Virus record (IMG/VR): IMGVR_UViG_2585427736_000001
Reading direction: 5' to 3' (one strand)
Origin: a virus
Lineage: Duplodnaviria; Heunggongvirae; Uroviricota; Caudoviricetes
DNA length: 10,309 bases
A program made the translations under genes and the position numbers. The notes under the pieces are model-generated. The model was given only the letters and a program-made list of their open reading frames with translations. It did not search any database and had not been told where the DNA came from. Below are positions 6,848-10,309 of this stretch, piece by piece (the first letter of the stretch is position 1; the number at the start of each line of letters is the position of its first letter).

Positions 6848-7742
6848 CCTTTCGCAGTTGCCTGCACCGCAGATTGTGGATGTGCCGGACTTTGAGACGC
6901 TGCTTGCCGAACGCAAGGCCCAATTTGTTGCGCTTCATCCGAAAGATGAGCGGGAAGCCGTGATCCGCACGCTGGAACTGGAATCTGAACCCGTCACTAA
7001 ATTGTTGCAGGAGAACGCTTACCGTGAGTTGCTTCTGCGCCAGCGCATTAACGAAGCCGCGCAGGCGGTGATGGTGGCTTACGCGATGGGCGGCGATCTT
7101 GACCAGCTCGCTGCCAACTACAACGTGACACGCCTGACGGTGACGCCTGCTGATAATGATGCTGTGCCGCCCGTTGCAGCTGTGATGGAAAGCGATGAAG
7201 CGTTACGTCTGCGTGTGCCTGCAGCCTTTGAAGGGCTTTCTGTTGCGGGGCCAACTGCAGCTTATGAATTTCATGCCCGAAGCGCCGACGGTCGGGTGGC
7301 GGATGCCAGTGCAACCAGCCCAGCACCTGCAGAGGTGGTGCTGACTGTCCTTAGCCGCGAAGGCGATGGAACTGCAGAAAAAGACCTGCTGGACGTGGTG
7401 GAAAAAGCTCTGAACAGTGAGAACGTCCGCCCGGTGGCTGACCGTCTTACGGTTCGCAGCGCAGAAATCATCCCGTATCGCGTGGAAGCCACTATTTTTC
7501 TCTATCCGGGACCGGAAGCAGAGCCGGTAATGGCAGCGGCAAAAGCCAGTCTGCAGAAGTACATTGCCAGCCAGACGAGGCTTGGTCGGGATATTCGCCG
7601 TAGCGCCATCTTTGCTGCTCTGCATGTTGAGGGTGTTCAACGTGTGGAACTGGCTTCTCCGCTGGCGGATGTGGTCCTGAACAAAACACAGGCGGCATCA
7701 TGTACGCAGTGGAGCGTAACCAACGGAGGAACGGATGAATAG
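6834..7742 (+). CDS. J: baseplate assembly protein J (P2 gpJ family)
   Basis: Start set at ATG 6834 (MAVIDLSQLPAPQI...) preceded by acAGGAGcagagaATG, rather than the track's upstream 6795; about 302 aa, equal to P2 gpJ length; overlaps the W stop. Confidence 0.88.
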   Translation: MAVIDLSQLPAPQIVDVPDFETLLAERKAQFVALHPKDEREAVIRTLELESEPVTKLLQENAYRELLLRQRINEAAQAVMVAYAMGGDLDQLAANYNVTRLTVTPADNDAVPPVAAVMESDEALRLRVPAAFEGLSVAGPTAAYEFHARSADGRVADASATSPAPAEVVLTVLSREGDGTAEKDLLDVVEKALNSENVRPVADRLTVRSAEIIPYRVEATIFLYPGPEAEPVMAAAKASLQKYIASQTRLGRDIRRSAIFAALHVEGVQRVELASPLADVVLNKTQAASCTQWSVTNGGTDE

Positions 7743-8340
7743 TCTGCTGCCACCGGGTTCAACTTCACTGGAGCGCCGACTGGCGCAAACCTGTAGCGGG
7801 ATTTCTGATCTGCAGGTGCCGCTGCGTGACTTGTGGAATCCGGCGACTTGTCCGGTCAGTTTCCTGCCTTATCTCGCCTGGGCGTTCTCTGTGGATCGCT
7901 GGGACGAGAGCTGGACAGAAAGCGTCAAACGCCAGGTGGTGAAGGATGCTTTTTATATTCATCAGCACAAAGGAACCACCAGTGCCGTGCGGCGGGTGGT
8001 GGAGCCGTTCGGCTTCCTGATCCGCATTATTGAGTGGTGGCAGACCGGAGAAACACCGGGCACGTTTCGCCTGGATATCGGCGTGCAGGACCAGGGCATC
8101 ACTGAAGATACCTATCTGGAACTTGAGCGGCTGATAAGCGATGCCAAACCATGTAGCCGTCACATGATCGGCATGTCCATCAATCTGCAGACCAGCGGTC
8201 CGCATTGGGTGGGGGCCGCCAGCTATCTTGGCGAAGAAATCACGATCTATCCGTATATCAACGAAACAATTATTTCCGGCGGCACCGCGCATGAAGGCGG
8301 GGCGGTCCATGTTATTGACACAATGAGAGTGAATCCATGA
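7735..8340 (+). CDS. I: baseplate/tail protein I (P2 gpI family)
   Basis: 201 aa; overlaps the J stop (ATGAATAG); position between J and the tail fiber gene as in P2. Confidence 0.85.
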   Translation: MNSLLPPGSTSLERRLAQTCSGISDLQVPLRDLWNPATCPVSFLPYLAWAFSVDRWDESWTESVKRQVVKDAFYIHQHKGTTSAVRRVVEPFGFLIRIIEWWQTGETPGTFRLDIGVQDQGITEDTYLELERLISDAKPCSRHMIGMSINLQTSGPHWVGAASYLGEEITIYPYINETIISGGTAHEGGAVHVIDTMRVNP

Positions 8341-9839
8341 GCACAAAATTTTATACCCTGCTGACGGATATTGGCGCGGCGAAACTTGCCAGCGCCGCCG
8401 CGCTCGGTGTGCCGCTAAAAATTACCCATATGGCGGTGGGCGATGGCGGCGGAACATTGCCAACGCCGGACGCCAAGCAGACAGCATTGGTAAATGAGAA
8501 ACGCCGGGCTGCGCTGAATATGCTCTATATCGACCCGCAGAACAGCAGCCAGATTATTGCTGAACAGGTGATCCCTGAAAACGAGGGCGGTTGGTGGATA
8601 CGTGAAGTGGGCCTGTTTGATGAGTCCGGGGCATTGATTGCCGTGGGCAACTGCCCGGAAAGCTATAAGCCGCAACTGGCTGAAGGCAGCGGGCGTACCC
8701 AGACCGTGCGCATGGTGCTGATTACCAGCAGCACGGACAATATCACCCTGAAAATCGACCCTGCCGTAGTGCTGGCAACCCGCAAGTATGTGGATGACAA
8801 GGTACTGGAGCTGAAGGTGTACGTGGATGATCAGATGGCAAAACATCTTGCCGCACCGGACCCGCATTCACAGTATGCACCCAAAGAAAGTCCGACGTTT
8901 ACCGGGACACCAAAAGCGCCAACTCCAGCGGCAGGGAATAACACCACGCAGGTTGCGACCACCGCGTTTGTTCAGGCGGCACTGACGGCTCTTATTAATG
9001 GTGCGCCAGCCACGCTGGACACGCTGAAAGAAATAGCCGCAGCCATTAACAATGATCCGAATTTCAGTACCACCATTAACAATGCGCTGGCACTGAAAGC
9101 GCCGTTGTCGAGTCCGGCACTCACCGGAACGCCAACAGCCCCCACTGCTGCACAGTCGGTCAACAATACACAGATTGCCACCACGGCTTTTGTGAAATCG
9201 GCGATTGCAGCAATGGTAGGTTCTGCACCTGCGGCACTGGATACACTGAACGAACTGGCGTCGGCGTTGGGGAATGATCCGAACTTTGCCACGACAATGC
9301 TTAATGCGCTGGCAGGTAAACAACCGCTGGACAATACGCTGACTAATTTGAGTGGAAAGGATGTCGCTGGTCTTCTCGCATACCTTGGAATAGGAGAAAC
9401 GGGAAAATACGACATTCTGCCAGCATCAAGAGGAGGCACTGGAGCGTCAACTATAGCCGGAGCATTGATAAACTTTGGTCTGAGTGATTTAGTGACTGCC
9501 GGATTAGTACAGGTGGAATCTGGTACAGACTTTATTACTGCTAAGATTCCGTTTCTGTCCGGTGGTAAAAAGCGATTCCTGATGATTCATGCCATCAAGG
9601 CGACAATGCCAGCAAATAATAATGGCTATAACCTTACCGTTACGTTCCCGACTGCCTACGATAACGCACCTATACCTATTCTTGGATCAACTGTAGGACT
9701 GACGTCAACAACGGGCGGTACAACAGAGTCAATGAATATTTCATCAGTCACAAAATCGGGTTGCATCATTTCTTCAGCATGGCAAACATGGTCTGAGGGA
9801 CCGGTATATCTTTTAACGATTGGAGGAGTTGCAGCATGA
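8337..9839 (+). CDS. H: tail fiber protein H (P2 gpH family) with conserved N-terminal domain and variable C-terminal receptor-binding region
   Basis: 500 aa; ATGA overlap with I; N-terminus MSTKFYTLLTDIGAAKLASAAALG... typical of P2/Mu-type tail fibers; internal tandem fiber repeats; low-GC C-terminal portion. Confidence 0.9.
   Translation: MSTKFYTLLTDIGAAKLASAAALGVPLKITHMAVGDGGGTLPTPDAKQTALVNEKRRAALNMLYIDPQNSSQIIAEQVIPENEGGWWIREVGLFDESGALIAVGNCPESYKPQLAEGSGRTQTVRMVLITSSTDNITLKIDPAVVLATRKYVDDKVLELKVYVDDQMAKHLAAPDPHSQYAPKESPTFTGTPKAPTPAAGNNTTQVATTAFVQAALTALINGAPATLDTLKEIAAAINNDPNFSTTINNALALKAPLSSPALTGTPTAPTAAQSVNNTQIATTAFVKSAIAAMVGSAPAALDTLNELASALGNDPNFATTMLNALAGKQPLDNTLTNLSGKDVAGLLAYLGIGETGKYDILPASRGGTGASTIAGALINFGLSDLVTAGLVQVESGTDFITAKIPFLSGGKKRFLMIHAIKATMPANNNGYNLTVTFPTAYDNAPIPILGSTVGLTSTTGGTTESMNISSVTKSGCIISSAWQTWSEGPVYLLTIGGVAA
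8889..9332 (+). repeat. two tandem copies of a 74-codon (222-bp) tail-fiber repeat inside H
   Basis: SPTFTGTPKAPT...TTQVATTAFVQAAL...APATLDTLKEIAAAINNDPNFSTTINNALALKAPL (8889..9110) versus SPALTGTPTAPT...NTQIATTAFVKSAI...APAALDTLNELASALGNDPNFATTMLNALAGKQPL (9111..9332); roughly half the positions identical by eye. Confidence 0.75.
9373..9398. other. candidate 26-bp serine-invertase crossover site (gix/hix/cix-like) inside H
   Basis: TTCTCGCATACC-TT-GGAATAGGAGAA: imperfect dyad of two 12-bp half-sites around a central dinucleotide, with the ACC-TT-GG core resembling remembered hix/gix sites; lies at the GC-content break in H. Confidence 0.45.
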
Positions 9840-10222
9840 AATATTATTCACCTTCAATTAATGGATTTCCCGAACAAAAGACTGATGACAGTATTGAGAT
9901 CAGTGAAGAGGTCTGGAGAATACTTCTTAGTGAAATTTACTCAGGCCGGGAGTTATTTAACGATGGCGGCGTACCCGCTACCCGTGTGCCGCAACCTACG
10001 CAAGAACAAGTAATTGCAGCCGCAGAAAATGAGCGCCAACGATTGCTGAATTATGCTGATACCGTAATGCTCGACTGGCGTACAGAATTGATGCTGGGTG
10101 AAATCAGCGACGCCAACAGGGCTAAATTGTCGGCGTGGCTGGCTTATAAAAATCAAGTTAAGTCGGTTGATGTGACAACTGACCCTGAGCATGTTAACTG
10201 GCCTATTCCCCCGGAGGCGTAG
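9836..10222 (+). CDS. G: tail fiber assembly protein / chaperone (P2 gpG / Mu U / Tfa family)
   Basis: 128 aa; ATGA overlap with H; C-terminus ...KLSAWLAYKNQVKSVDVTTDPEHVNWPIPPEA is the conserved tail-fiber-assembly C-terminal motif; AT-rich like the H 3' end. Confidence 0.85.
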   Translation: MKYYSPSINGFPEQKTDDSIEISEEVWRILLSEIYSGRELFNDGGVPATRVPQPTQEQVIAAAENERQRLLNYADTVMLDWRTELMLGEISDANRAKLSAWLAYKNQVKSVDVTTDPEHVNWPIPPEA

Positions 10223-10309
10223 GCCATTCAATATCTGGCGCACCGGAAGTATCGACCAGTTCCAGTGCGTCCAGATAATCCAGCCACGAATTATATTGCG
10301 CCAGTTCCT
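10203..10309 (-). CDS. 3' end (C-terminal 34 codons) of a second, convergent tail fiber assembly gene; 5' part lies beyond the window
   Basis: Reverse-complement translation of 10309..10206 gives ELAQYNSWLDYLDALELVDTSGAPDIEWPTPPGE followed by stop (10205..10203), the same C-terminal motif family as G; not in the ORF track because no start codon lies within the window. Confidence 0.6.
   Translation of the reverse strand, partial: ELAQYNSWLDYLDALELVDTSGAPDIEWPTPPGE

Larger units (their letters stand above)
1..10309 (+). mobile_element. P2-like prophage/phage late region (head, lysis, tail, baseplate, tail-fiber genes); element extends beyond both window edges
   Basis: Uninterrupted P2 gene order O-N-M-L-X-lysis-R-S-V-W-J-I-H-G on one strand; translated ORFs match remembered P2 protein families; tight translational coupling typical of phage late operons. 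Confidence 0.9.

Noticed and set aside
7765-8346. 193-aa minus-strand ORF antisense to gene I
   Set aside because: Entirely inside the gpI coding region; no independent support.
8972-9439. 155-aa minus-strand ORF, and other minus ORFs at 8415..8867 and 8868..9323, antisense to H
   Set aside because: Antisense to the repeat-rich tail fiber gene; Ala/Ser-rich or Arg/Cys-rich low-complexity translations; likely artefacts.
1-10309. A novel defence or accessory system (toxin-antitoxin, restriction, abortive infection, CRISPR) hidden in this window
   Set aside because: Every substantial ORF is accounted for by a conserved P2-family structural or lysis function in canonical order; there are no direct-repeat arrays, tRNA-like sequences or unexplained gene-sized gaps. 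The only candidate non-canonical genes are the lysis-module variants and the low-GC LysA-like gene, reported as findings with appropriate uncertainty.

Overview
The window is almost entirely one co-directional (+ strand) late operon of a P2-like (Peduovirus-type) temperate phage or prophage from an enterobacterial host. All identifications rest on my recall of P2 protein families, strict P2 synteny and motifs visible in the sequence; no database search was run. Gene order is capsid scaffold O, major capsid N, small terminase M, head completion L, tail protein X, a lysis cassette (two-TMD holin, SAR-type GH24 endolysin, LysA-like membrane protein, overlapping i-spanin/o-spanin), tail completion R and S, baseplate V, W, J, I, tail fiber H and tail fiber assembly protein G. 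Genes are tightly packed with many ATGA/GTGA overlaps and no inserted cargo genes. I see no tRNA, rRNA, CRISPR array, transposase or recognisable defence system. The most interesting signal is at the 3' end: a 26-bp imperfect dyad resembling a Gin/Hin/Cin/Pin crossover site sits inside H exactly where GC content drops, and a second tail fiber assembly gene end converges from the minus strand. Together these suggest the start of an invertible tail-fiber host-range switch whose second half and invertase would lie beyond the window. Other notable points are a lysis module that differs from canonical P2 Y/K (SAR endolysin with a P1 Lyz-like cysteine pattern) and a perfect TGT-N12-ACA palindrome upstream of V. 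I found no evidence for a wholly undescribed system in this window.
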